The translations under genes were made by a program, and so were the position numbers. Positions 1 to 9,250 of a stretch of DNA of 64,000 bases are shown here, piece after piece. The DNA is from Spirochaetota bacterium. GTDB lineage: Bacteria; Spirochaetota; UBA4802; UBA5550. Under the pieces are notes generated by a model. That model made no database searches, had not been told where the DNA came from, and saw nothing but the letters and a program-made list of their open reading frames with translations. Positions within the stretch are counted from its first letter, which is position 1. Each line of letters begins with the position of its first letter. The stretch covers positions 37,977 through 101,976 of the forward strand of contig JBNKTL010000010.1 of NCBI GenBank assembly GCA_050298055.1, read 5' to 3'.

Positions 1-2
1 GA

Positions 3-665
3 TCGCTTGCCAATATCGGCAATCTAAGGGACTTTCAGAGACTCATATCTCTTCTCGCCGCTCGGTGCGCACAGGAACTGAACATGAGTGAACTCGCCTC
101 AGATATAGGAGTAAGTGTTAAAACCGTTAGGTCATGGATATCTATTCTGGAGGCAAGCTATATTATCTTCCTGCCCGGACCTTATTATAAAAACCTCGGA
201 AAACGGATTGTCAAGAGACCCAAAATATATTTTTTTGATACCGGGATTGTATGCTACCTTACGGGAACATCGTCAAAAGAACTGCTGGAAAAAGGCCCCA
301 TGGCGGGTCCTGTTTTTGAGAATTATGTAATTTCTGAAGTAAAAAAGAGCATTCTTCACAATGGAAGCAACGCTGATATCTTCTACTTTCGCAGCAACCT
401 TGGCCTTGAGGTTGATCTGATCGTACTCAACAGGGACACTCAAGAGCTTCTCTTCACGGAAATAAAGAACACGCATACGGCACGTATCAGGATGATCGAT
501 CCTCTCAGAAAGATAATAGACCTTGAGAAGAAGTCAGAGCATCTCACACCCCTTACAATTACAGGGACCCTGGTATATCGTGACCATAAGAGGGTTATGT
601 TGTCAGAAGAAATTGAAGCCCTGGGAATGGAGGATTTTTTAGACGGTTTTGCAGCAGATAATTGA
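3..665 (+). CDS. ATP-binding protein, DUF4143 C-terminal region (5'-truncated by window edge)
   Basis: Frame is open from base 3 (SLANIGNLRDFQRLISLLAARCAQELNM...). Typical DUF4143 motifs: KRPKIYFFDTG, FENYVISE, YFRSNLGLEVDLI, EIK. Confidence 0.85.
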   Translation, partial: SLANIGNLRDFQRLISLLAARCAQELNMSELASDIGVSVKTVRSWISILEASYIIFLPGPYYKNLGKRIVKRPKIYFFDTGIVCYLTGTSSKELLEKGPMAGPVFENYVISEVKKSILHNGSNADIFYFRSNLGLEVDLIVLNRDTQELLFTEIKNTHTARIRMIDPLRKIIDLEKKSEHLTPLTITGTLVYRDHKRVMLSEEIEALGMEDFLDGFAADN

Positions 666-792
666 CAAATACAATACAGCTGTCACAAAGACGAAATGAG
701 CAGTCTTGATGAAGCTTTCTTTGTCTCAGATCGCACCTGTTATTAAAACTACCCTGTTTATCATGCTCAAAAGCTAAAAACATCCGGTCATC

Positions 793-1674
793 TTAAGAAG
801 TAAAATCCCTTTTCCCATAAAAAACCCAACCAACCATAATCACTATAACAACCGTTAAAATCAAACTGTATAAAGGAAGCGGATCAAAAACAAACAGGAC
901 ACATTGCCAGAAGATTCCTAATATCCCGGGCACCAGAACACTCCGCATACCGCGGCCCATAAAAACCAGGGCAATCATCCCGAAGAATGACAGGAGTATA
1001 CCGGAGAACCAGAGAATATCGGCAACATAAGAGGGCCGGGCATGAGGTTCAAACTCTGCTTTGAAACCGATCATCATTCTTCTTTCCATAATGTAATGGA
1101 GAGGAATCACCATAAACCGGCTTACTCCGTTCCGGAAACCGGGTAAATTCGCTTCATGTGTCCGTACGATCAAACGGGTTTTCTCCGGGGTGATTTCCTT
1201 TAAGACAAAGGCCCCCCAGCCCTTCAGCACATAAGCCCGGCCCGGATCAACTTCCAGGACTTTCCATTCCCAGTGATATTTTTTTGTTAGTCCTTTCACG
1301 AATTCGCTTGATCCCTCAAGGCACCCCGGGACCACCCGGCCCGCTTTCATGTCATAAATCTCGGGTTTGGATTTATCCGTTTTTTTCCCCGCATATCCCG
1401 CCAGATCTTCCATAAATGTATAGCTGTAAAAACCTCCCCGGTCCGCGCCCAGGCTGATAATGCTTTGCCAGGCTTGGGAAATGGGGGCGTTCAATACGAT
1501 CGCCCGTGTAGAAGTGTAAGAGGGGGTAAGATCATCTCCTATGAGGGGCATATGGACTTCCTCATCGGAAGCCCCCCATGATGTTATGTAAGGAGCAATA
1601 AAAAGGGAATAGATGATGACCTGGAGGATGAGAAGAGATAATATAATGATTAATGATCTTTTAGTGTTTAACAT
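793..1674 (-). CDS. Hypothetical membrane protein with SRPBCC-like central region
   Basis: 293-aa ORF. The segment WGASDEE..PLIGDD..TRAIVLNAP..W..LGADRGGFYSY resembles SRPBCC-like hypotheticals. One N-terminal and three C-terminal hydrophobic helices. Confidence 0.6.
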   Translation of the reverse strand: MLNTKRSLIIILSLLILQVIIYSLFIAPYITSWGASDEEVHMPLIGDDLTPSYTSTRAIVLNAPISQAWQSIISLGADRGGFYSYTFMEDLAGYAGKKTDKSKPEIYDMKAGRVVPGCLEGSSEFVKGLTKKYHWEWKVLEVDPGRAYVLKGWGAFVLKEITPEKTRLIVRTHEANLPGFRNGVSRFMVIPLHYIMERRMMIGFKAEFEPHARPSYVADILWFSGILLSFFGMIALVFMGRGMRSVLVPGILGIFWQCVLFVFDPLPLYSLILTVVIVIMVGWVFYGKRDFTS

Positions 1675-1827
1675 AATAGCTTTCAGCTCCCGGCTTATCC
1701 GGCTCAGAATTTTTTCAACATGATCTTAAGCTTGCCCAGGATCTTTTTATTGAAGAGGGCCCCCTTTTATCAAGTTTTTTTCTTAAATTATCAGATCGAA
1801 GACTTTTTTTATAATCACATACTCTTG

Positions 1828-1937
1828 CCCCCCCTTTACGAAAGGGGGCCGGGGGGATTTAACTATCTTCCTTACCTGAATCCCTGGGGTCGCTCCGCGC
1901 TGGCTCGTCACTTTGGACGGCCAAAGTAACCAAAGCC
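1828..1937. repeat. REP-like GC-rich hairpin elements
   Basis: CCCCCTTT-ACG-AAAGGGGG..GGGGGGATTT (1828-1860) and ACTTTGG-ACGG-CCAAAGT (about 1910-1927). The first is related to the pair at 44435-44519. Confidence 0.55.
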
Positions 1938-1942
1938 GCTCC

Positions 1943-1968
1943 TCAGTCGCCGGAGGGGCTCTGGACTT
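1943..1968 (+). repeat. Direct repeat copy 1 flanking the DUF1016-thermonuclease gene
   Basis: TCAGTCGCCGGAGGGGCTCTGGACTT matches 3391-3416 at 24/26 positions. Confidence 0.8.
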
Positions 1969-2142
1969 TCATTTGCAAAGGATCTTCTCTATTGTACCGC
2001 TGTACGCACGTCCTGTGCGACATCGGCACCAGGTCGTTTGCCCTCCCTGGCGCACTCCCTTTCCTTAGTTAAGAAATTTTTTACTTTTTGGAAGAGATAA
2101 ATTTTATTCGGATTCTCTTGAACTTGTGAAAGATTTATATAA

Positions 2143-2182
2143 GGGGAATGAAAAAGTCAGCCGGCTGACTTTTTCATTCCCC
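2143..2182. repeat. Perfect 40-bp palindrome
   Basis: GGGGAATGAAAAAGTCAGCC|GGCTGACTTTTTCATTCCCC with no loop. Bases 2158-2174 are identical to 2970-2986 inside the adjacent CDS. Confidence 0.95.
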
Positions 2183-2229
2183 AAATCCCCACTCCTCATT
2201 CAAAAACCGTTTTCAAAGAACACTCCTCC

Positions 2230-3261
2230 CTATATACTTCTTCCCAGCCCCTTCTCAATGATCTCACTGTTCAGGAGCTTTCCTTCACCCGCGACCTTAT
2301 CAGGATCATCTTCACCGGGAAGATAAAAAATATCAGAAAGATACCTGTCATACATGTCCGTCTTATATGTTCTTATAATAATAAAACCGCATTTCTCCAG
2401 AATACGTTTCACAAAATCCCTCGCCCTCTTTCCCTCGGGGAACATGATCTCCGGGGTGTCAACTCCCCGAAGCCGGATCTTCTGCCGCACCAGGGTTTTG
2501 AACCCGCAGTCTATGTTCACCCACAGGGTGTCTCCGTCTATGATCTTCTCCACATATCCTTTGTATGTATAGAGAAGGTCTTCCTTTTTCTTTCCATAGC
2601 CTTCTGTTATATAATATTTTCCCTTTTCCTTCTTCAGTTTAAAGACTTCTTTCCCTTCATTCTCTTTGAGGTTTTCAATGACCTCACTGCGCCAGGTATT
2701 AAATCCGCAATCTATCAGGGCATCTCCCCTCTTAACGGGTGCTCCCTGACCCTTTGCGAAAGAATACCTGTAGAGAGAACCTCTTTGCGGGAGAATACCG
2801 CTTTTTTCTTTTTCAACCTCATTCCGGTTCCTCAGCCTGTACACCTCGACAAATTTCTTCAGTTGAAACTTTGTCAGGTTCTCCTCCATTGCCAGTTGTT
2901 CCATTTCCCTTCTCTTTTCCTCATCCTTTACGGGAAACAGGGCAACATACTTACTCCATTCCAATTGGGCAGCCGGCTGACTTTTTGGATAGAGCCTGAA
3001 GAATCTTCTCATGTTCTTGATGTTTGTCACGGAAAATCCCTTGCCGAATTTCTTCGTTAAATCTTCCGAGAGATTTTCAATGATTCTTTTCCCGTACCCG
3101 GGGGCGGTATCCCCTTCATGGTTTTGCCTGTACAGGTCTTCTGTTTCTATGATATACCTGCCGGTTTTCCAGTATGCTTCCAGCAGTGAGTCTTTTGTGT
3201 TTTTGTAGAGTTTTGAGATCTCTTTGAGGAGGGCGGGATAATTTTCCGGTTGTTGGTTCAT
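2230..3261 (-). CDS. DUF1016 (YhcG) N-terminal domain fused to a thermonuclease (SNase-like) domain
   Basis: N-terminus has AYWKTGRYII, YGKRIIENLSEDL..FGKGFSVTNIKNMRRFF..YP and LEWSKY. C-terminus has the SNase motifs IIDGDTL, IRLRGVDTPE and DMYDRYL. Confidence 0.85.
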   Translation of the reverse strand: MNQQPENYPALLKEISKLYKNTKDSLLEAYWKTGRYIIETEDLYRQNHEGDTAPGYGKRIIENLSEDLTKKFGKGFSVTNIKNMRRFFRLYPKSQPAAQLEWSKYVALFPVKDEEKRREMEQLAMEENLTKFQLKKFVEVYRLRNRNEVEKEKSGILPQRGSLYRYSFAKGQGAPVKRGDALIDCGFNTWRSEVIENLKENEGKEVFKLKKEKGKYYITEGYGKKKEDLLYTYKGYVEKIIDGDTLWVNIDCGFKTLVRQKIRLRGVDTPEIMFPEGKRARDFVKRILEKCGFIIIRTYKTDMYDRYLSDIFYLPGEDDPDKVAGEGKLLNSEIIEKGLGRSI

Positions 3262-3390
3262 TTTTTTCTCATGATTTGGTAATGGTTTTTTGATTTTCGT
3301 TTACATTTTTTTATTCTGTTGTCGTATGACGGGGGATGATAGGTTCATTAATTTATTTTGTCAATGAAAATATTAGTTACAAAGATACTA

Positions 3391-3416
3391 TCAGGCGCCG
3401 GAGGGGTTCTGGACTT
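3391..3416 (+). repeat. Direct repeat copy 2 flanking the DUF1016-thermonuclease gene
   Basis: TCAGGCGCCGGAGGGGTTCTGGACTT, 24/26 identical to 1943-1968. Confidence 0.8.
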
Positions 3417-3673
3417 CGACAGACATTTTATGTGGGTATAAAACAGGCTCTACATAAGCTCAGTACAAAAGACTCTGTTGGATGGAACCAACATTACAAC
3501 CACTGCCCCTTTGGGTCACGGGAAATGCGCACAGGGAGAAGAGAGGGGAATTTATCTTGACAGGGGGGATGGGTAGTTTACGGTTAGGGGCGTGTGGATT
3601 CCTATGTCAAACTTTGGTTTCTAATATTGTTTATTGATATATTTTTTGGTAAAGGCATAAATTAGAGATACAT

Positions 3674-5782
3674 ATGATTAAAATAAATCTTAGTAATTGT
3701 AATAATATTTCCCAATGTGATATTTCTTTGAAAAAGGATTTTCTAAATATTTATTATGCAATGAATGGAACAGGAAAATCAACTATTGGGAAAGCTTTCG
3801 AAATATTATCAAAAGGTGAATCATTAAAGTCACTTAAACCTTTCATCGGTAATGTTATTCCAACCGGTACTTTAAGTGAAGAACTCAAAAATGTATTATT
3901 GTTTAATGAAGAATTTGTAAATACAATCGTTTTTAATAAAAGTGAAGTGATAAACAATGCCTTCGATGTTTTCATTAAATCACCAAAATATGATGAATTG
4001 CAGAATTCTATTAACAATAAATTATCAAAAATCCATTTCGAGCCAGAAACTTTTGAAAATCTTGGAGTCTTATTTAGAGTTGGGGAATCGGTTCTACAAA
4101 AATTTTCTTTAACAAAATCTGGTAATTTAAAAAATGTTGGCTTGATGAAAAATTTAGCTAATTCAAAAAGCATTTTTACTTTACCTGAAAGAATAAAAAA
4201 GTTTCAACCATTAATGTCAAAAGAATATAACATCGACTGGGTTGGTTGGAAAAATGATGGAGGCAAGTTTGACGACAATGACATTTGCCCATTTTGTGCT
4301 AATGAATTAGAAACTGATTATCATGCTGAAAAAAAAATATTTTCTGATTCATATTCCAAATCTGGTGTAAAAAGTATTATTGAAATGATTGGATTTTTCG
4401 ACTCAGTTAAAGAATACATGAATTCTGAAAAAATTGAAGTTCTTTATAAATGCATAAAAGAGCTGCAAGATGAATCTGTAATATCATTGTGGATTAAAAA
4501 GTTTTATGATGAATTAGATTTTCTAATAGATAAGGTTAAAAATGTTATAGAATTCAATTCTTTTATTGCCCAAAAAGATGATATCTCAAAACTTGAAGAA
4601 CAACTAACAAAATTAATAATTGATGATTCAGCCCTTGAGATTTTCAATAGTGATAAGGTAAAATCTTTAGTGCAATCAATAAACACAGAAATAGACTCGT
4701 TATTAAAAGAAACAGAAGTTTTAAAAAAGAATATTGGTGAATTGACCGGATACATAGGTAGTGCCACCAAAAAAGCAGTTAAAGATATTAACGATTTTTT
4801 ATTTATGGCAGGTATTACTTATGAATTAGAAATTAAGCATTTAAGTGAGACTCAAACACAGACTACTTTAAAATATAGAGCAGATAAAAATACCGATGGA
4901 GTTCCTGTTTCAGAAATAAACAAGCATCTTAGCTGGGGAGAGCGAAACGCTTTTGCACTTGTTCTTTTCATGCACTATGCTTTAAGCCATAATCCTTGTT
5001 TAATAATACTTGATGATCCAATATCTTCCTTTGATACAAATAAAAAGTATGCAATTATCAATAGATTATTCGCAAATATTACAAGCAAAAACAGTTTTTT
5101 TAGAAAAACAGTCTTAATGCTTACTCACGATTTTCAACCAATTATTGATTTTATTTCTGTAGGAAAACCGAATGAACATGCTGTTTATGCTAACTATATG
5201 AGAAATAATGCTGGAGAAATTAAAATTGAGGAAATCGAAGAGACAGATATTATTTCTTTACCAATCCTTCTATCAAATAATGCAAAAGATGACTCCTTAA
5301 ATTTGATACATAGAGTAACATGTATAAGAAAATTAATTGAACATACCAACGCTAATCTTAGTAATGAAGCATCATATAATATTATCTCTTCTCTTCTGCA
5401 TGGGAAAGATGAACCTACATATAGAGACGATTCAAAAATGGAAGTAAGCGAAATAAATAGAGGTGAAGCCTATATAAAAGAATTTATAACTGATTTTTCA
5501 TACAACAATTATTATAACACTAGTTTTACAAAGGAAAATTTATTAAATCAGTTTTCCATTGAGAGTAATAGTTATTTTAAACTACAAATATTTCGTGTCA
5601 TTTTGGCTGTTTACAATCTTAGATCAAAAATTCAGAATGACTCATTAATAAAATATATTGATGAACAATTTCATGTCGAAAACGACAGTATTTATTACCT
5701 AGATGTAATAAAATTTGATTTAGTTCCAGACTTTGTGATACCTACTTGTGAACATTTCCTAAAAGATGAAGGGATTTTGTAA
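3674..5782 (+). CDS. SMC/ABC-type ATPase with zinc hook (AAA_13 / RloC-like), putative defence protein
   Basis: Walker A YAMNGTGKST, CPFC in the coiled coil, signature LSWGERNAFAL, Walker B IILDDPISSFD, H-loop LTHD and an extra ~200-aa C-terminal domain. Very AT-rich. Confidence 0.75.
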   Translation: MIKINLSNCNNISQCDISLKKDFLNIYYAMNGTGKSTIGKAFEILSKGESLKSLKPFIGNVIPTGTLSEELKNVLLFNEEFVNTIVFNKSEVINNAFDVFIKSPKYDELQNSINNKLSKIHFEPETFENLGVLFRVGESVLQKFSLTKSGNLKNVGLMKNLANSKSIFTLPERIKKFQPLMSKEYNIDWVGWKNDGGKFDDNDICPFCANELETDYHAEKKIFSDSYSKSGVKSIIEMIGFFDSVKEYMNSEKIEVLYKCIKELQDESVISLWIKKFYDELDFLIDKVKNVIEFNSFIAQKDDISKLEEQLTKLIIDDSALEIFNSDKVKSLVQSINTEIDSLLKETEVLKKNIGELTGYIGSATKKAVKDINDFLFMAGITYELEIKHLSETQTQTTLKYRADKNTDGVPVSEINKHLSWGERNAFALVLFMHYALSHNPCLIILDDPISSFDTNKKYAIINRLFANITSKNSFFRKTVLMLTHDFQPIIDFISVGKPNEHAVYANYMRNNAGEIKIEEIEETDIISLPILLSNNAKDDSLNLIHRVTCIRKLIEHTNANLSNEASYNIISSLLHGKDEPTYRDDSKMEVSEINRGEAYIKEFITDFSYNNYYNTSFTKENLLNQFSIESNSYFKLQIFRVILAVYNLRSKIQNDSLIKYIDEQFHVENDSIYYLDVIKFDLVPDFVIPTCEHFLKDEGIL

Positions 5783-5813
5783 AATTATTAAAAAACTTAC
5801 CAATGGAGAGACT

Positions 5814-6065
5814 ATGGCTATAAAAGAAACAATCCACTTAGCAGGAAAAAACCTTCATACAATCATGATAACTGCCAAAGAAAAAGATGGTTCAATAGAA
5901 ACTCGTGAAGCTGAACCATACAGCTATCGAGTAACAGCTGGAACAGAAAAGTTTTTTTGTTATGACATAAAAAAAGGTGGAACAAGAAATCTTTTCGTTT
6001 CTAATATAATTTCTGTAGAGGAGACAAAAAACAAATTTATTCCTCGATGGACAGTAGAAGTTTGA
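5814..6065 (+). CDS. Small standalone WYL-domain-like protein (83 aa)
   Basis: GGAG RBS precedes the ATG at 5814. KDGSIETREAEPYSY..FFCYDIKKGGTRNLFVSNI fits the WYL pattern (R.vePy....y...r..r.F...rI). Confidence 0.65.
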   Translation: MAIKETIHLAGKNLHTIMITAKEKDGSIETREAEPYSYRVTAGTEKFFCYDIKKGGTRNLFVSNIISVEETKNKFIPRWTVEV

Positions 6066-6270
6066 TATTTTCTCAATAATATATCTATTAAGAATTAATG
6101 CTTAACATCTGTCAAATTGAATTCAATTTTATACTAATTCAACTAATATCACTATCTGCATATAACACTTTAAAGAATTTTGTAAAATTTTAGAGAAATT
6201 TCTCCATTCTGTGATAATTTTTCACTATTTAGAATGCTGGATAAAAGAACTATAAGAAAGGCTCAAAATC

Positions 6271-9249
6271 TCATGGTATGACTACCCGCGAACCCTGGTT
6301 GCTCTTCTCAACCAAAATCTGACAGGGAATCCTCTTCTTTAGCTCCGATACATGGGATATCACTCCAACCATCCGGTTTTCGCGGATGTCATCGAGTATG
6401 GATATAGCCCTGTTGAGGGACTCATCATCGAGAGTGCCGAATCCTTCGTCAAGGAACAGTGAATCCATCTCAATCTGCCCCGCCCTCTCCTGTATGGCAT
6501 CCGACAATCCCAGTGCAAGGGATATGGACGCAAGAAACTTCTCTCCTCCAGAGAGGGTTTTCACGCTGCGGGGATGTCCGGTATAAGAATCCATAACATG
6601 TAGTTCAAGACCGGCCTGGCTTCTCCTGTCTATCGCAGCGTCACTGACTAGAAGGTAATACCTGCTGTCGGAGAGGACCTTAAGTCTGTTATTGGCATAC
6701 ATTGTAACACGTGAAAGATAGTAGTTGAGAATATAGTTCTGGAAATTGACCTTTCTTGGATTTTGGCCAGCAAGGTCATCTGCAAGTTCAAAGAGTGCCT
6801 GGCTGTTCTTGATGATTTTTTTCAGTTCTTTTTTTAGCCTGGCATGATCACGGTTCTTCTTGTCAAGATGAGACTGTTCTGTACTGGTCTCCTTGAGTTT
6901 AACTTCTATCTGCTCAAGTTCACTATGATTCTTCTCCAACTTAGCTATTGTGGTTTCAATATTAGGCTTTTTAACGTCAGTAAGCTTTTTCTCAAGGTCT
7001 TCAATCCCTGAATTTACCTTTAACACACTATCGTTGTATTCTTTTATCCTTTTTCCAATTCTTTCAATCTCTTCTTCAGTAAGGTATGCATCGGTTATTT
7101 CACCGTGTAATGAGAATCCTCTTTTCTCCATTTCTTTCTTTAGCTTGATTTCAACTTCTTCGAGGATTTTCTTCTCATCTTTTAGCCTGCTCTTTCTTTC
7201 CCTTATCTCTGTTTTGTTCCTTGTGATTTCCTCATTGATCCGTTTTTCTTCATGGGTTATGGCTTTAATTTCCTCATGGATTCCTGCTAAGCGGTTTTGG
7301 ATTTTCTCAATTAAAGTTTTTATATCCTTCTTACCTTCGAGGTCGCCTGTAAGATTTTTAACTTCTGTTTCCAGCTTTGTCTTTTGATTCCCTTTTTCTA
7401 TAACGAGTTTTCCAAGCTTTTCAATATTCTCAGAATTTTTCTTTTCCAGATCAACATTATCATCGATATTCTTCTGGAGTTTTCCGGCTTCTTGTACTAA
7501 CTCCTTATTAATATTGATGATTTTTTCAGTATCCTTCTGCTCTTTTTCCAGGACGGGACCGTCCTTTAAAGGATCAATGCCTTCTTTTCTGATGTATGTT
7601 TCAAATTTCTTTAACTGTTTGTCACTATCTTCTATCTTCCCGGCAAGCTTGTTTTTTTCTATAAGTGAATTTTCATAATTTGTTTCACAAGCTGATAGGA
7701 CTTCATCTTCCGTAAAAGGCTTTTCCTTCAGGTTTGCGGGATCAGGGTGTTCTAGAGATCCGCAAACAGGACACGGCTCATTATCCACAAGGGAAGCGGC
7801 AAGGGTCGAAGCGAGACTCTTATCCTTCTTCATCTTTAATTCTTCAAGTTTGGATTTATTGAATTGTAATGAAGTCTCCATGTTCTTCATGTCTTTTGCC
7901 AGCTGCTTGCTATTGTTTGAGGCCTCCTTAAAGTCATTGATAAGTTTAATTTTTCCTTTAATAATATTGAGCCTTTCAACAAGGTCAGTCTGGTCTTTTA
8001 TTTCAACTTCAATTACTGAGACCCTTTTCCTGTTTTCTTCAATTTCTTTCTTAATTTCTTTCAGCTTTTTCTCAGCGGCTTTTTGTTCTTCACACTGTTT
8101 TTTATACTGGCCGGTCACATCTTTAAGCTCTTTGGATTTCTTTTCGAGCTCTGCTTCTTTTTCAACCAATGGAGTAAGCTCACCCTTGTCCCGTTCAAGC
8201 CTGCTCTGTTCTTTTTCAAGCTCTCCCTTCCCCTTCACTCTTTCGTTGATCTTTTTTTGTTCATCAATGAGTCTGGTTTCGGTTTTTTGAAGAGCTGATA
8301 TCTTTTTCCCGGTTTCCTGGACAGCCTGTGTCAGTTCACCCTGCCTGTCCAGGTCTGGTTTGAGTTTCGCAGCTTCTTCTCCTTTTTTCTTTTTCTCTTC
8401 CTCCTTATCAATATATTTCTTTTCCGAGTTCAGCTCTTTGAGCAGTTTCTTTTTTTTATCAAGTTCATCGAATTCACCGACTATACCCTCCTCTTTCTGT
8501 TTCTGTGCTACAAGATGATCATTGAGGGCGCTATTCCTTTTCTTATCTTCTTCGAGTCCATTTATCTTAACTTTGAGGGAATCCATCTCATCTTCAAAAG
8601 TTTCCGGATTGAACTCATTTTCGATTTCATCAATTTGAGATTCTTTTAGTTTTATATCATCAGCGACCTTTTTCTTCTTCTGTTTGAAGAATTCTGTCAC
8701 TGTAAAATGTTCCTGGGTGGGAAAAAGTTTTTGGAGAATCTTCTCACGCCCTTTGCTCTCTTCTTCCAGGAATTTCTGGAACTCTCCCTGGGGTAGAATG
8801 ATTATTTTTGAAAACTCTTCTTTTGACAGGTGCAGAAGGCCGCTGATGAATTCATTAAGCTTTGTCCATGTCCCTGTCTCTTCAACAGGAAAATAGGCAT
8901 CCCCTTTTCTACTGTAAATTGCATGAGACCTTTCAGTGACAATATCTTCGTTTCTGTTTTTCCTTACCTTAAGTTTTCTTTCAACTTTATAAAGGGTTCC
9001 TTTAACTGCAAATTCAAAAACTACGGCTGTCTCTCCTGTTTCACCCATGAAGTTTGATTTGACATCATCTTCCTCCCTGGTTCCCGAAGGTCTTCCATAC
9101 AACGCATAGAGCATCCCATCGAAAATAGTTGTCTTCCCACTTCCCGTTGGACCCGAAATAAGAAATATCTCTTCCAGGTTATCAAACCTGATTACCTGTT
9201 CATCAACAAAGGGGCCGAAATTATTGAGAGTGAGACTAATAGGCTTCAT
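6271..9249 (-). CDS. sbcC: Exonuclease SbcCD subunit C (SMC ATPase)
   Basis: Walker A GPTGSGKT, LPQGEF, CPVCGS zinc hook, LSGGEKF, LFLDEGFG, ISH. Directly downstream of sbcD. Confidence 0.93.
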   Translation of the reverse strand: MKPISLTLNNFGPFVDEQVIRFDNLEEIFLISGPTGSGKTTIFDGMLYALYGRPSGTREEDDVKSNFMGETGETAVVFEFAVKGTLYKVERKLKVRKNRNEDIVTERSHAIYSRKGDAYFPVEETGTWTKLNEFISGLLHLSKEEFSKIIILPQGEFQKFLEEESKGREKILQKLFPTQEHFTVTEFFKQKKKKVADDIKLKESQIDEIENEFNPETFEDEMDSLKVKINGLEEDKKRNSALNDHLVAQKQKEEGIVGEFDELDKKKKLLKELNSEKKYIDKEEEKKKKGEEAAKLKPDLDRQGELTQAVQETGKKISALQKTETRLIDEQKKINERVKGKGELEKEQSRLERDKGELTPLVEKEAELEKKSKELKDVTGQYKKQCEEQKAAEKKLKEIKKEIEENRKRVSVIEVEIKDQTDLVERLNIIKGKIKLINDFKEASNNSKQLAKDMKNMETSLQFNKSKLEELKMKKDKSLASTLAASLVDNEPCPVCGSLEHPDPANLKEKPFTEDEVLSACETNYENSLIEKNKLAGKIEDSDKQLKKFETYIRKEGIDPLKDGPVLEKEQKDTEKIININKELVQEAGKLQKNIDDNVDLEKKNSENIEKLGKLVIEKGNQKTKLETEVKNLTGDLEGKKDIKTLIEKIQNRLAGIHEEIKAITHEEKRINEEITRNKTEIRERKSRLKDEKKILEEVEIKLKKEMEKRGFSLHGEITDAYLTEEEIERIGKRIKEYNDSVLKVNSGIEDLEKKLTDVKKPNIETTIAKLEKNHSELEQIEVKLKETSTEQSHLDKKNRDHARLKKELKKIIKNSQALFELADDLAGQNPRKVNFQNYILNYYLSRVTMYANNRLKVLSDSRYYLLVSDAAIDRRSQAGLELHVMDSYTGHPRSVKTLSGGEKFLASISLALGLSDAIQERAGQIEMDSLFLDEGFGTLDDESLNRAISILDDIRENRMVGVISHVSELKKRIPCQILVEKSNQGSRVVIP

Positions 9250-9250
9250 G

